Counted from the stretch's first letter, positions 21,141 to 30,257 are shown. The stretch is 64,000 nt of DNA from Candidatus Oxydemutator sp. (GCA_965203445.1 OZ241883.1:1696001-1760000), one strand, 5' to 3'. Program-made: numbers and translations. The notes: a model not told the origin generated them from the sequence alone.

Positions 21141-21268
21141 CCGAAAGCAGGCGCATTGTATGCCTTGCGAATTCCCGGAAGCTGGCGGGTCGCTGTATCG
21201 CGGGCCGCGAGTGGAGCGAGGAGCGGGGAGCAGGGTGCTGGATTCGGCCGGCCTCGAATGCGGACTAA
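21137..21268 (+). pseudogene. Truncated dual-OB-domain protein (N-terminal 43 aa only)
   Basis: MTESRRIVCLANSRKLAGRCIAGRE...WIRP resembles the N-terminus of the dual-OB proteins that accompany DUF488 pairs. It overlaps the alkB stop (ATGA) and stops early. Confidence 0.65.
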
Positions 21269-21287
21269 CGTCGGTTGGGCGGCGGAT

Positions 21288-21905
21288 ATGATGAACCATC
21301 CGATTTTTACCGTTGGTCATTCCAATCACTCGCTGGAGGACTTTCTGGCGTTGTTGTCGAAGCATCGGGTAACGGCCGTGGCCGACGTGCGCTCGGTGCC
21401 GTGGAGTCGTTACAACTCTCATTTCAACCGCGACGCGCTGGCCGCGGCGCTGAAGGCCGAGGGTGTCCATTACGTCTATCTTGGGCACGTGCTTGGCGGG
21501 CGTCCGCAAGATCCGTCCCTGTATGACGACGGCGGGCGTGTCCGTTATGAGCGGGTCGTCGAAACGAGCGATTTTCGGGACGGCGTTGCGCGCGTCGTCG
21601 GCGGCGCCGCGGAACATCGCATTGCGCTGATGTGCGCGGAGAAGGAGCCGCTGGACTGTCACCGGACGCATCTGGTCGCGCGGGCGCTTGCTGCCGAAGG
21701 CGTCGAGGTGGTGCACATCCTGGCCGACGGCGCGCTCGAACGGCACGCGGCGACGATGGAGCGATTGACCGCGGATGCGGGCGGCAGGCCGGATGAGGAC
21801 TTGTTTCCCGAGGAACTGATCGAGGAGACGGCGAAGAAGCGCGCCCGGCGCATCGCCTATGCCGGCGGCGATCACGCACCGGAAGCGGGACCGAAAGGGC
21901 GATGA
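21288..21905 (+). CDS. DUF488 family protein
   Basis: IFTVGHSNH...ADVRSVPWSR...LGGRP...LMCAEKEPLDCHR. Confidence 0.88.
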   Translation: MMNHPIFTVGHSNHSLEDFLALLSKHRVTAVADVRSVPWSRYNSHFNRDALAAALKAEGVHYVYLGHVLGGRPQDPSLYDDGGRVRYERVVETSDFRDGVARVVGGAAEHRIALMCAEKEPLDCHRTHLVARALAAEGVEVVHILADGALERHAATMERLTADAGGRPDEDLFPEELIEETAKKRARRIAYAGGDHAPEAGPKGR

Positions 21906-22366
21906 AACTGTCCACCATCGGCTTCACTAAAAAATCCGCGCGCCGGTTTTTCGAGTTGCTCAGGGCTTCGGGCGTCAAGCGCGTGGTCGACGTGAGATTG
22001 AACAATGGTTCGCAGCTCGCCGGTTTTGCCAAGAGGGATGACCTCGCGTGGTTCCTCGACGAGATTTGCGGCATCGAGTACGTCCACCTGCCGAGTCTCG
22101 CGCCCACCGCGGACATACTCGGCGACTACCGGAAGAAGCGCATCGGCTGGGGCACCTGTGAAGACCGCTTTTTGGAGCTGATGCGCGAGCGGCGGATCGA
22201 GGAGACGATCCCCAAAAAAGTCTTGAACGGGGGCTGCCTGCTGTGCAGCGAGGATCAGCCCCACCACTGCCACCGCCGCTTGGTCGCCGAATATCTGAAC
22301 GCGCACTGGGGCGACGTCGAGATCGAGCATCTGGGGATGAAGGGCCCCGAAGGAACCGGCACGTGA
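21902..22366 (+). CDS. DUF488 family protein (second subfamily)
   Basis: TIGFTKKSA..FF...DVRLNN.SQLAGFAK...LLCSEDQPHHCHRRLVAEYL. Confidence 0.88.
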   Translation: MKLSTIGFTKKSARRFFELLRASGVKRVVDVRLNNGSQLAGFAKRDDLAWFLDEICGIEYVHLPSLAPTADILGDYRKKRIGWGTCEDRFLELMRERRIEETIPKKVLNGGCLLCSEDQPHHCHRRLVAEYLNAHWGDVEIEHLGMKGPEGTGT

Positions 22367-22370
22367 TCGC

Positions 22371-23144
22371 GTGATAAGGCGCGGCGATGTTCCAGGCACG
22401 CCGGTCGCGCGACCGACCCCGGATCGAGTCGCCGACACCGTCCGCTTCTACGAGATCATGCGCCGGATAGAGGCCGGCGTCGGCGGCTGCCGGCGGCTTG
22501 CCGAATGCACGGGTCGCATGGACTGGCCGCGGCGGGGTGCGTACTTCTTCTTCGAGGCCGGCGAGGCGCGCGCCGCGTCGGGCAGCGGCGGTCGCATCGT
22601 GCGCGTCGGTACCCACGCGCTGAGAAGCCAGGCGTACACCATGTTGTGGAATCGGCTTAAAGGTCATCGCGGCGTCGCCAACGGCGGCGGCAATCATCGA
22701 GGCTCGATCTTCCGTCTGCTCGTCGGTCGGGCGTTGGCCGGTCGCGGCGATTGTCCTCTGCCGTGCTCCTGGGGAATCGGTGGCTCTCCTGGTGAGGCGG
22801 CGCGCCGGCTGGGGCTTCCATCAAGTGCCGCGGTAAAGAACGCGGAAGCGGACCTGGAACGGCGCGTCAGCGACACTATCGGCCAAATGCCCTTCCTGTG
22901 GCTGAACGTGCCGGATGCGCCGGGCCCGAAAAGTGCCCGCGGATACATCGAACGCAACGCCATCGCGCTGTTAAGCCACGCGCGCACGCCCGCCGCGGAC
23001 CGTCCCTCTCCCGACTGGCTTGGGAGCCACAGCGACCGGCCGAAGGTGCGTGCCTCGGGGTTGTGGAACAGCGACCACGTAGAGGAAGACTATGACGCGG
23101 CTTTCCTGGATGAGGTGGCCGCATTGGTGAAAGCCTGGCCGTAA
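22371..23144 (+). CDS. Conserved hypothetical protein, GIY-YIG-like nuclease candidate
   Basis: GAYFFF...IVRVG...LWNRLKGH...YIERNAI pattern resembles GIY-YIG; co-oriented with the operon. Confidence 0.55.
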   Translation: MIRRGDVPGTPVARPTPDRVADTVRFYEIMRRIEAGVGGCRRLAECTGRMDWPRRGAYFFFEAGEARAASGSGGRIVRVGTHALRSQAYTMLWNRLKGHRGVANGGGNHRGSIFRLLVGRALAGRGDCPLPCSWGIGGSPGEAARRLGLPSSAAVKNAEADLERRVSDTIGQMPFLWLNVPDAPGPKSARGYIERNAIALLSHARTPAADRPSPDWLGSHSDRPKVRASGLWNSDHVEEDYDAAFLDEVAALVKAWP

Positions 23145-23208
23145 AACGAAGGCCCCCGGCCATCTCCCGGAGGGAGAGGGAGGATAAAGAGGCAGCGGGA
23201 GAAGTTGT

Positions 23209-23253
23209 CCGCAGGCCCGTGATGTAACCCTCTCCCCCTAGGAGAGGGTGGGC
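23209..23253 (+). repeat. 45-bp direct repeat copy 1, containing a REP-like hairpin
   Basis: CCGCAGGCCCGTGATGTAACCCTCTCCCCCTAGGAGAGGGTGGGC; second copy at 24113-24157. Confidence 0.8.
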
Positions 23254-23936
23254 CGATGTCGACGCCTCGGCAGGTAGCGCAGGTGGCTTACGTCGGCGTG
23301 CACCCGCTGGCCGCCCGGGCGCAGCACCGCGTAGCCGTACTGGTGCGCCAATGCCAGCGCGTCCCTTTGTGCGATTATGCACGCCATCGCCGGCGCCAGC
23401 GTATTGTCGTCGTATTCGCGCATGAGACGCCGAAAGTTGGGCAGCGTCCACTCGCGCATCCGCTCGACGTCCTCGCAGCGCAGTTTGTGCTTGACCTCGA
23501 TGACCGCGACGACCTCGCCGTTCATCATCAGGATGTCAAACTCGCCTTCTCGGCCGCGACGGCTGACTCTGACGTTGGCGCGGACGTACTCGAACTCCAG
23601 GTCGCCGAGGCGCGGTTCCTTGTTCAATGCCCGGAAGAAGAACTCCTCGGTGGCGCTTCCCCGGGTGTTGGTTATACCGCCGATTTCCTTGTACATTTCG
23701 CGCTTGGCTTCGGCCGCTTTCGCGATTGCTTTTTGGAGTTTTTTGTTGGCCGCCTTGTTAGCCGCCTCGGACTCGGCGTGTCGCTTATCAGCCACGGCGC
23801 GCCACGCCTCCGCTTTGGCGCGCCACTTATCCAATTCGGCGCGCCATGCATCCAATTCGGCACGCCACGCGGCCGCCTCGGCGTTGCTTTTGGCAATTTG
23901 TTCGAGACTCCGTTTTACTGATTCGAGTTCGTTCAT
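23238..23936 (-). CDS. Coiled-coil + PD-(D/E)XK nuclease-like protein (DUF3782-like)
   Basis: N-terminal heptads (WRAELDA/WRAELDK), then G..TEEFF...EFDILMMNG...IEVK. TACAAT lies 7 nt before the ATG; alternative start at 23945. Confidence 0.75.
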   Translation of the reverse strand: MNELESVKRSLEQIAKSNAEAAAWRAELDAWRAELDKWRAKAEAWRAVADKRHAESEAANKAANKKLQKAIAKAAEAKREMYKEIGGITNTRGSATEEFFFRALNKEPRLGDLEFEYVRANVRVSRRGREGEFDILMMNGEVVAVIEVKHKLRCEDVERMREWTLPNFRRLMREYDDNTLAPAMACIIAQRDALALAHQYGYAVLRPGGQRVHADVSHLRYLPRRRHRPTLS

Positions 23937-24112
23937 GGCCGTCATTGTACGCCCGTACGCGCGGTGCGCAAGCGGACAAAATCGAAAATCGAGGGTAAAA
24001 ACAGCCAAGTCGTTGGCATGTTCGGCAAATAAACCTGACGAACGGTTTTGCCCGAACAGGAAACCCTGCTCCCCCTCCCAAAGGGATAGGGAGCAAGGAG
24101 TGGGAAAGAGGA

Positions 24113-24157
24113 CCGCAGGCCCGTAACGTAGCCCTCTCCCCCTAGGGGAAGGCGGGC
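24113..24157 (+). repeat. 45-bp direct repeat copy 2, containing a REP-like hairpin
   Basis: CCGCAGGCCCGTAACGTAGCCCTCTCCCCCTAGGGGAAGGCGGGC, preceded by another hairpin at 24067-24095. Confidence 0.8.
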
Positions 24158-24175
24158 GGAACCTATGCTATTCTG

Positions 24176-25437
24176 GGGAATTATATACATGACACCACCA
24201 GACGAGATTGAATGAAGACACACCGAACAATCAGATACCGTTTGCATCCGCAGACACGGGCCAAGGCCCGCAAGTTGGCGGGTTTGGCGGGTGCGTGCAG
24301 GTTTGCGTGGAATCATTTCGTGGGTAAGTTGCGGGATGAGTATGCCGAGGACGGCGAGCGTGATTACCGGTTTTATTCGCTTGGTAAGAGGTTCACAGCG
24401 TTGCGAAGGGATGACGCCACGTGGTTGCAGGAGTACTCCATGGCAATAGTGCGCCAGGCGTTGAAGCCGATAGAGACTGCATACAGGCAATTCTTCAAGA
24501 AGGAGGGCGGCCTGCCGAGGTTTCACGCCAAGTATGTCCGCCCGGATAGTTTCCCGTTATGCGCCGGCGCATTCCGTATGCGCGGGCGCTATCTGTACAT
24601 CGCCAAGGTTGGCGAGGTGCTGCTACTTGGCCACAATCCCTATCCGGACGGCGTGCCCAAGTCGGGCACGGTCAAGCGGGAATGCGGCAGGTGGTATGCG
24701 TATATCACGTACGAAGTGGAACAATCCGAAGCATTGAAACCTGTAAGAGAAGTCGGCATAGACCGCAACGTCGGTCAGGTAACATTATCCGACGGGACGA
24801 TGTATCGTATGCCGGATACGGCAAAACATGAACGTCGCGTCAGGCGTTATCAGAAGAAGATGGCCAGGCGTCAGAGGCCGAACCACAAGAAGGGGATCAA
24901 GGCGTCGAACCGATGGCTACGCGCACAGTTGCTTCACCAGAAGGCACAGGCCACGTTGCGACACGTCAGACGGAATTGGTGCCATGGCGTATCAAGGCAA
25001 GTAGCTGATAAATACTCCCTTGTGCACCTGGAGCAGTTGAACAATCCAGGGATGACAAGAAGCGCCAAGGGAACAAAGGAGAAACCCGGAACCAGCGTTC
25101 GCGCGAAGACCGGACTGAACCGCGTGATCCTGGCGTCATGCTGGGGCAAGTTTCACCAGTGCCTGGACTACAAGACGAATACGAATTACATAAACCCCGC
25201 ATACACAAGTCAGACGTGCAATAAATGTGGGAACGTAGATAAAGAAAACAGAAAGACGCAGGCGGCGTTTATTTGCACCGCTTGCGGTCATCGGGACAAT
25301 GCGGATGTAAATGCCGCATTGAATATATTGGCCCTCGGGAATAGGGCTGCTGGACGTGGAGGCGGCGAGGTTACTTGGCCCATGAAGCGTCAAATGGATA
25401 CACGGCACCACTTGGTGGTGTCATGTATATAATTCCC
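24176..25437 (+). mobile_element. Non-autonomous TIR-bounded element (IS1595-like ends) carrying only tnpB
   Basis: Perfect 25-bp inverted repeats GGGAATTATATACATGACACCACCA (24176-24200) and TGGTGGTGTCATGTATATAATTCCC (25413-25437). Direct repeat CTATTCTG at 24168-24175 and 25438-25445. Confidence 0.9.
24212..25432 (+). CDS. tnpB: RNA-guided endonuclease TnpB
   Basis: N-terminal YRLHP...GACRFAWN, RuvC-I GIDRNV, RuvC-II LEQL, zinc finger CNKC/CTAC, RuvC-III ADVNAALNI. Confidence 0.93.
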   Translation: MKTHRTIRYRLHPQTRAKARKLAGLAGACRFAWNHFVGKLRDEYAEDGERDYRFYSLGKRFTALRRDDATWLQEYSMAIVRQALKPIETAYRQFFKKEGGLPRFHAKYVRPDSFPLCAGAFRMRGRYLYIAKVGEVLLLGHNPYPDGVPKSGTVKRECGRWYAYITYEVEQSEALKPVREVGIDRNVGQVTLSDGTMYRMPDTAKHERRVRRYQKKMARRQRPNHKKGIKASNRWLRAQLLHQKAQATLRHVRRNWCHGVSRQVADKYSLVHLEQLNNPGMTRSAKGTKEKPGTSVRAKTGLNRVILASCWGKFHQCLDYKTNTNYINPAYTSQTCNKCGNVDKENRKTQAAFICTACGHRDNADVNAALNILALGNRAAGRGGGEVTWPMKRQMDTRHHLVVSCI

Positions 25438-25457
25438 CTATTCTGAAACGATGTTTG
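25325..25457 (+). ncRNA. Putative TnpB omega-RNA (scaffold in tnpB 3' end and right TIR; guide from the flank); boundaries approximate
   Basis: GGCCCT...AGGGCT hairpin, GACGTGGAG...ATGAAGCGTCAA core and terminal hairpin 25398-25428. The position is typical for omega-RNAs (inference). Confidence 0.55.
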
Positions 25458-26806
25458 ATCACGTTGCCGGGCGCCTGACGGCGCTTGCCGAGCGCCTGCG
25501 CGGCGAGGTGCGGCTTACCGAGGACAATATCGCGGACACGTTGCGCGAGGTGCGCGCGGCGTTGCTCGAGGCCGACGTCGCGGTGTCGGTGGTCGGCGAT
25601 TTCATCGAGACGGTGCGCGGGCGCGCGCTCGGCGCCGAAGTGAACCGCAGTCTGACGCCCGGCCAGGCGCTGATCAAACTGGTGCGCGAGGAGTTGACCG
25701 CGCTGATGGGCGGCGCGTGTGCGACGCTCGCGCTCAACGTGCAACCGCCGGCGGTGGTGCTGCTCGCCGGCCTGCAAGGCGCCGGCAAGACGACGACCGC
25801 GGCCAAACTCGCGCTCCATCTGCGCGAAAAGAAAAAATCGGTCGCGCTGGTCAGTTGCGACGTCCATCGCCCGGCCGCGATCGAGCAGCTGGCGCAACTC
25901 GCGCGGCAGTGCGACGCCGCATGCTACCCGACCGACGCCGCGGCGCCGCCGGTGGTCGCGGCGCGCGCCGCGCTCGAACGCGCGCGCCTCGATTTTCAGG
26001 ACGTGTTGATCGTGGATACCGCGGGCCGCCTGCACGTGGACGACGCGATGATGGACGAGATCAGGGAGTTGCACGCGGCGTTGTCGCCGGTCGAGGTATT
26101 GTTCGTCGTGGACGCGATGACCGGGCAGGACGCGGTGGTCGCGGCGCGCGCCTTCGGCGAGGCGCTGCCGCTGACCGGCGTCATTCTGACCAAGGCCGAC
26201 GGCGACGCGCGCGGCGGCGCCGCGTTGTCGGTGCGCGCCGTGACCGGCAAGCCGATCAAGATGATCGGCGTCGGCGAGAAACTCGACCGGCTGGAACCGT
26301 TTTATCCGGAGCGCATAGCGTCGCGCATCCTCGGCATGGGCGAGATCGAGAGTCTGATAGATCAGATTGAGAGCAAAAGCGACGCCAAAAAGACGCGCAA
26401 ACTCGCCGCCAAGATCAAAAAGCGCAAGGGTCTCGACCTCGAGGACGTGCGCGATCAGCTGCGTCAGATGCAGGACATGGGCGGCGTCGCCGGGCTGCTC
26501 GACAAACTCCCCGCGGCGATGGTCGGCAAGGTCGCGGCCAAGGCCGATACCGCGTTTGGCGACCGCCAGACCAAGGCCATGGTGGCCGTCATAGATTCGA
26601 TGACGCCGCAGGAGCGCCGTCGCCCCGAGATCCTGAACGGCTCGCGCAAAAAACGCATAGCCGCCGGTTCCGGCACCTGTATCCAGGACGTCAACCGCGT
26701 GCTGAAGCAGCACAAGACGCTGCAAAAGACGATGAAGAAGTTCGGCCGCGGCGGCGCCCGCCAGATGATGCGCGGGCTGGGGGGAGGGCCCTTTCCCGGC
26801 CGCTGA
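25451..26806 (+). CDS. ffh: Signal recognition particle protein
   Basis: [27 protein letters not shown] and M-domain [10 protein letters not shown]. Confidence 0.97.
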   Translation: MFDHVAGRLTALAERLRGEVRLTEDNIADTLREVRAALLEADVAVSVVGDFIETVRGRALGAEVNRSLTPGQALIKLVREELTALMGGACATLALNVQPPAVVLLAGLQGAGKTTTAAKLALHLREKKKSVALVSCDVHRPAAIEQLAQLARQCDAACYPTDAAAPPVVAARAALERARLDFQDVLIVDTAGRLHVDDAMMDEIRELHAALSPVEVLFVVDAMTGQDAVVAARAFGEALPLTGVILTKADGDARGGAALSVRAVTGKPIKMIGVGEKLDRLEPFYPERIASRILGMGEIESLIDQIESKSDAKKTRKLAAKIKKRKGLDLEDVRDQLRQMQDMGGVAGLLDKLPAAMVGKVAAKADTAFGDRQTKAMVAVIDSMTPQERRRPEILNGSRKKRIAAGSGTCIQDVNRVLKQHKTLQKTMKKFGRGGARQMMRGLGGGPFPGR

Positions 26807-26863
26807 AAGTCGGGGTAGTTCAGTGCGCCGCAGGGTTGCCCTGCCGCCCGGCGCCCCAAGCAA

Positions 26864-26887
26864 GGGAACGCCCCCACGGGCGTTCCC
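26864..26887. other. Perfect 10-bp hairpin between ffh and the purF -10 box (terminator or regulatory)
   Basis: GGGAACGCCC-CCAC-GGGCGTTCCC followed by GATGTATAAT; no U-tract. Confidence 0.45.
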
Positions 26888-26921
26888 GATGTATAATATC
26901 TCCATCACTCCACACAAGCCT

Positions 26922-28418
26922 ATGTGCGGTATTCTCGGTATCTACAGCCACGCCCCGATCAGCCAGTCCTTGTACGACGGTCTGGTGCTGTTGCAGCATC
27001 GCGGCCAGGACGCCGCCGGCATCGTCACCTGCGACGGCGGCAGGATCTACCAGCGCAAGGGCAACGGCCTGGTGCGCGACGTGTTCGATTCCGGCCAGCT
27101 GCACGAATTGCGTGGGTGCGTCGGCATCGGCCACGTGCGTTATCCGACCGCGGGCAGCAGCAGCGAGTCCGAGGCGCAGCCGTTTTACGTCAACAGCCCG
27201 TACGGCATCACCCTCGCGCACAACGGCAACCTGACCAATTCCGAGCGGTTGGTCGTCGAGCTGTTCGACCAGGACCGGCGCCACATCAACACCGATTCCG
27301 ACTCCGAGATTCTGCTGAACGTGCTCGCGCACGAGCTGCTGAACCAGCGCTCGCTGGTGCCCGGGCCGCGCGAGATTTTCAACGCGGTGCGCCGCGTCCA
27401 CGACCGCTGCCGCGGCGCCTACGCCGCGGTTGGGCTGCTCGCCGGCCACGGCTTGCTGGCGTTCCGCGACCCGCACGGCATCCGCCCGCTGATCTACGGC
27501 GTGCGCGACGGCGCCGCCGGGCCCGAGTACATGTTCGCGTCGGAGAGCGCCGCGTTGCACGCCTTCGGCTTCGAGATCGCGCGCGACGTGGCACCCGGCG
27601 AGGCCATCTACATAGACGGCGACGGCGCGTTCTACGCCGAGCAGTGCGCGCGCGCGGCGCGCTACAACGGTTGTATCTTCGAATACGTCTATTTCGCGCG
27701 CCCCGACTCGGTGCTCGACCGGGTGTTCGTCCACCAGGCGCGCATGCGCATGGGCCGCAGCCTCGCGCGCAAAGTCGAGAAACAATGGCCCGACCACGAC
27801 ATAGACGTAGTGATACCGGTGCCCGACACCAGCCGCACCGCGGCCCTCGAGTTCGCGGTGCGCCTGGGCGTCTGCTACCGCGAGGGCTTCATCAAGAACC
27901 GCTACATCGGGCGCACCTTCATCATGCCGTGGCAGACCGAGCGCCAGAAGTCGGTGCGCCAGAAACTGAACCCGCTGGAGCCCGAGTTCAAGGGCAAGAA
28001 CGTGCTGTTGGTGGACGACTCTATCGTGCGCGGCACGACCTCGAAGCAGATCATCCAGATGGCGCGCGACGCCGGCGCCAACAAGGTCTATTTCATGTCG
28101 GCGTCGCCGCCGGTGCGCCACCCGAACATCTACGGCATAGACATGCCGGTGGCCGGCGAACTGATCGCGCACGAGCGCTCGGTCGAGGAGGTGCGCCGCG
28201 CGATCGGCGCCGACCGTCTGATCTACCAGAACCTGAAGGCGTTGGTGGACTCGGTCAAGGAAGGCAACCCGGCGCTGAAGAAGTTCGACTGCTCGGTGTT
28301 CGACGGGCGCTACGTGGTCGAACCGCAGCCGGACTACTTCGCCCGGCTCGAACGTCGCCGCCGCGAACTCGCGCGGCGCCCGCATGGACGCGCATCGTCG
28401 CTGCGCAGCGTCGGCTGA
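26922..28418 (+). CDS. purF: Amidophosphoribosyltransferase
   Basis: MCGILG N-terminus, [22 protein letters not shown]. Confidence 0.97.
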   Translation: MCGILGIYSHAPISQSLYDGLVLLQHRGQDAAGIVTCDGGRIYQRKGNGLVRDVFDSGQLHELRGCVGIGHVRYPTAGSSSESEAQPFYVNSPYGITLAHNGNLTNSERLVVELFDQDRRHINTDSDSEILLNVLAHELLNQRSLVPGPREIFNAVRRVHDRCRGAYAAVGLLAGHGLLAFRDPHGIRPLIYGVRDGAAGPEYMFASESAALHAFGFEIARDVAPGEAIYIDGDGAFYAEQCARAARYNGCIFEYVYFARPDSVLDRVFVHQARMRMGRSLARKVEKQWPDHDIDVVIPVPDTSRTAALEFAVRLGVCYREGFIKNRYIGRTFIMPWQTERQKSVRQKLNPLEPEFKGKNVLLVDDSIVRGTTSKQIIQMARDAGANKVYFMSASPPVRHPNIYGIDMPVAGELIAHERSVEEVRRAIGADRLIYQNLKALVDSVKEGNPALKKFDCSVFDGRYVVEPQPDYFARLERRRRELARRPHGRASSLRSVG

Positions 28419-28476
28419 GCGGCGCCGGGCGTCGCCGCTGCGTCCGTCGCTGCGCCCGAACTTCCGCTGGCGCGGT

Positions 28477-29007
28477 ATGGCGCAACGCCTGTGCCGCAGG
28501 TATCCGCGGCGCGCGCGCCTGCCGCTGGCGTTGGTGGACACCGCGTCGCAACGCCTGTGCGTCGTCTTCGGGCGCTCTCTGCTGGCGTGCTATCCGGTGT
28601 CGACGTCGCGCTACGGCGTCGGTTCCGCGTCGGGGTCGTACCGGACGCCGCCGGGGGCGCATTACGTGTTTGACAAGATCGGCGCCGGCCAGCCGCCGGG
28701 CGCGCGCTTCGTCGCGCGCGCGCCGACCGGAGAGGTGCTCGAGGTGCGGCCGCGCCGCGCCGCCGCAAGCGACGTCATCTGCACGCGCATCCTGCGCCTG
28801 GCCGGACTTGTGCCGCGCGTCAACCGCGGCGGCGGGCGCGACTCGCTTGGGCGCCACGTCTATATACACGGCACCACGGACGAGGGGCGCGTCGGCGCGC
28901 GCGCCTCGATTGGCTGCATCCGCATGAGAAACGACGACGTCGTCGCGCTGTTCGACGCGCTGCCGCGCGGCGCGCTGGTGCATATCGCGCCCGGCGCGCC
29001 GAAGTGA
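28477..29007 (+). CDS. L,D-transpeptidase (YkuD) family protein; start uncertain (frame open from 28384)
   Basis: YPVSTS...TPPG...IHGT...SIGCIRM. Confidence 0.85.
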   Translation: MAQRLCRRYPRRARLPLALVDTASQRLCVVFGRSLLACYPVSTSRYGVGSASGSYRTPPGAHYVFDKIGAGQPPGARFVARAPTGEVLEVRPRRAAASDVICTRILRLAGLVPRVNRGGGRDSLGRHVYIHGTTDEGRVGARASIGCIRMRNDDVVALFDALPRGALVHIAPGAPK

Positions 29008-30257
29008 GCGCGCCGCCCGCGGCGCGGCGCGCGCGCGCGCACCTGTCCGAAATTTTCGACGCCGGCCTTGCGCGCGTGCGCGGGCGCGACGCGGTGCGCT
29101 CCTACTTCGCGCGCAACCCGCCGCCGCCGGCGCCGCTGCATCTGGTCGCGGTCGGCAAGGCCGCGTCGGCGATGACCTTGGGGGCGCTCGACGCGCTCGA
29201 CGCGCGCCTCGAGGCCGCTCTGGTCGTCACCAAGCACGGCCACGTGGACGACGAACTCGCGCGCACCGGCGCCGTCGAGTGTCTCGAATCGGATCATCCG
29301 GTTCCGGGCGCGGCCAGCCTGGCCGCGGGCGCCGTGCTGCTCGAGCGCGTGGATGCGTGGGCGGCGCGCCCCGGCGCGCGCTTTTTGTTTTTGCTGTCGG
29401 GCGGCGCTTCGAGCCTGGTCGAGGTGCCGGCGCCGCCGCTGCAACTGGACGACCTTGCGAGGATTACCCGGAGCCTGCTTGAAAACGGCCTCGACGTCGC
29501 ACGCATGAACACGGTGCGGCGCGCGCTCTCGCGTATCAAGGGCGGGCGGCTTGCGGCGCACCTGCGCGGTCGCCCGACGCTCAACCTGCTGATCTCGGAC
29601 GTGCCGGGCGACGACCCGGGCGTCGTCGGTTCGGGCCTGTTGACGCCGGTGCGCGAGACCCTGCGCCTGGAACGGTACCCGGCGCCGGTCGCCGCGGTGC
29701 TGCGCGCGACGCCGCTCGCGCCAGTGCCCGAAGAGGCCGCGTTCGCCTCGATTGCGACGCGCATCGTCGCGCGGCTGGAGGACGCGAAACGGGCGTGTGC
29801 GCGCAAGGCCCGGGCGCTCGGATACGAGACCGCCGTCGCCGGCGCTTTCCTGGGCGGCGACGCCAACGAAGCCGCGCGCATGGTCTGCCGCGATTTGTGC
29901 GCGGGCGTGCCCGGCGTGCATATATGGGGCGGCGAGACCCTGATGCACCTGCCGCCCGATCCGGGGCGCGGCGGCCGCAACCAGCACTTGGCGCTGGCGG
30001 CGGCGGTGGCGCTCCGGGGGCGCGACGATCTGTTCGTGCTGGCGGCCGGCACCGACGGCACCGACGGCCCGACCGCGGCCGCCGGCGGCCTGGTGGACGG
30101 CGCCACCGTCGCGCGCGGCGAGGCCGCCGGGCGCTCCGCCGAGAACAGCCTGGCGCGCGCCGACAGCGGCACTTTTCTCGAAGCCGCCGGCGACCTCGTC
30201 GTGACCGGCCCGACCGGCACCAACGTGATGGATCTGGTCATCGGCTTGCGCCGGTGA
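29004..30257 (+). CDS. Glycerate 2-kinase (DUF4147/MOFRL family)
   Basis: VGKAA, HPVP, LSGGASSL, GGET, GGRNQ, GTDGTDG, TGTNVMD. Confidence 0.92.
   Translation: MSAPPAARRARAHLSEIFDAGLARVRGRDAVRSYFARNPPPPAPLHLVAVGKAASAMTLGALDALDARLEAALVVTKHGHVDDELARTGAVECLESDHPVPGAASLAAGAVLLERVDAWAARPGARFLFLLSGGASSLVEVPAPPLQLDDLARITRSLLENGLDVARMNTVRRALSRIKGGRLAAHLRGRPTLNLLISDVPGDDPGVVGSGLLTPVRETLRLERYPAPVAAVLRATPLAPVPEEAAFASIATRIVARLEDAKRACARKARALGYETAVAGAFLGGDANEAARMVCRDLCAGVPGVHIWGGETLMHLPPDPGRGGRNQHLALAAAVALRGRDDLFVLAAGTDGTDGPTAAAGGLVDGATVARGEAAGRSAENSLARADSGTFLEAAGDLVVTGPTGTNVMDLVIGLRR

Noticed and set aside
24212-25432. TnpB as a Cas12f/CRISPR effector or a catalytically dead repressor
   Set aside because: No array is nearby and all three RuvC acidic residues are present.
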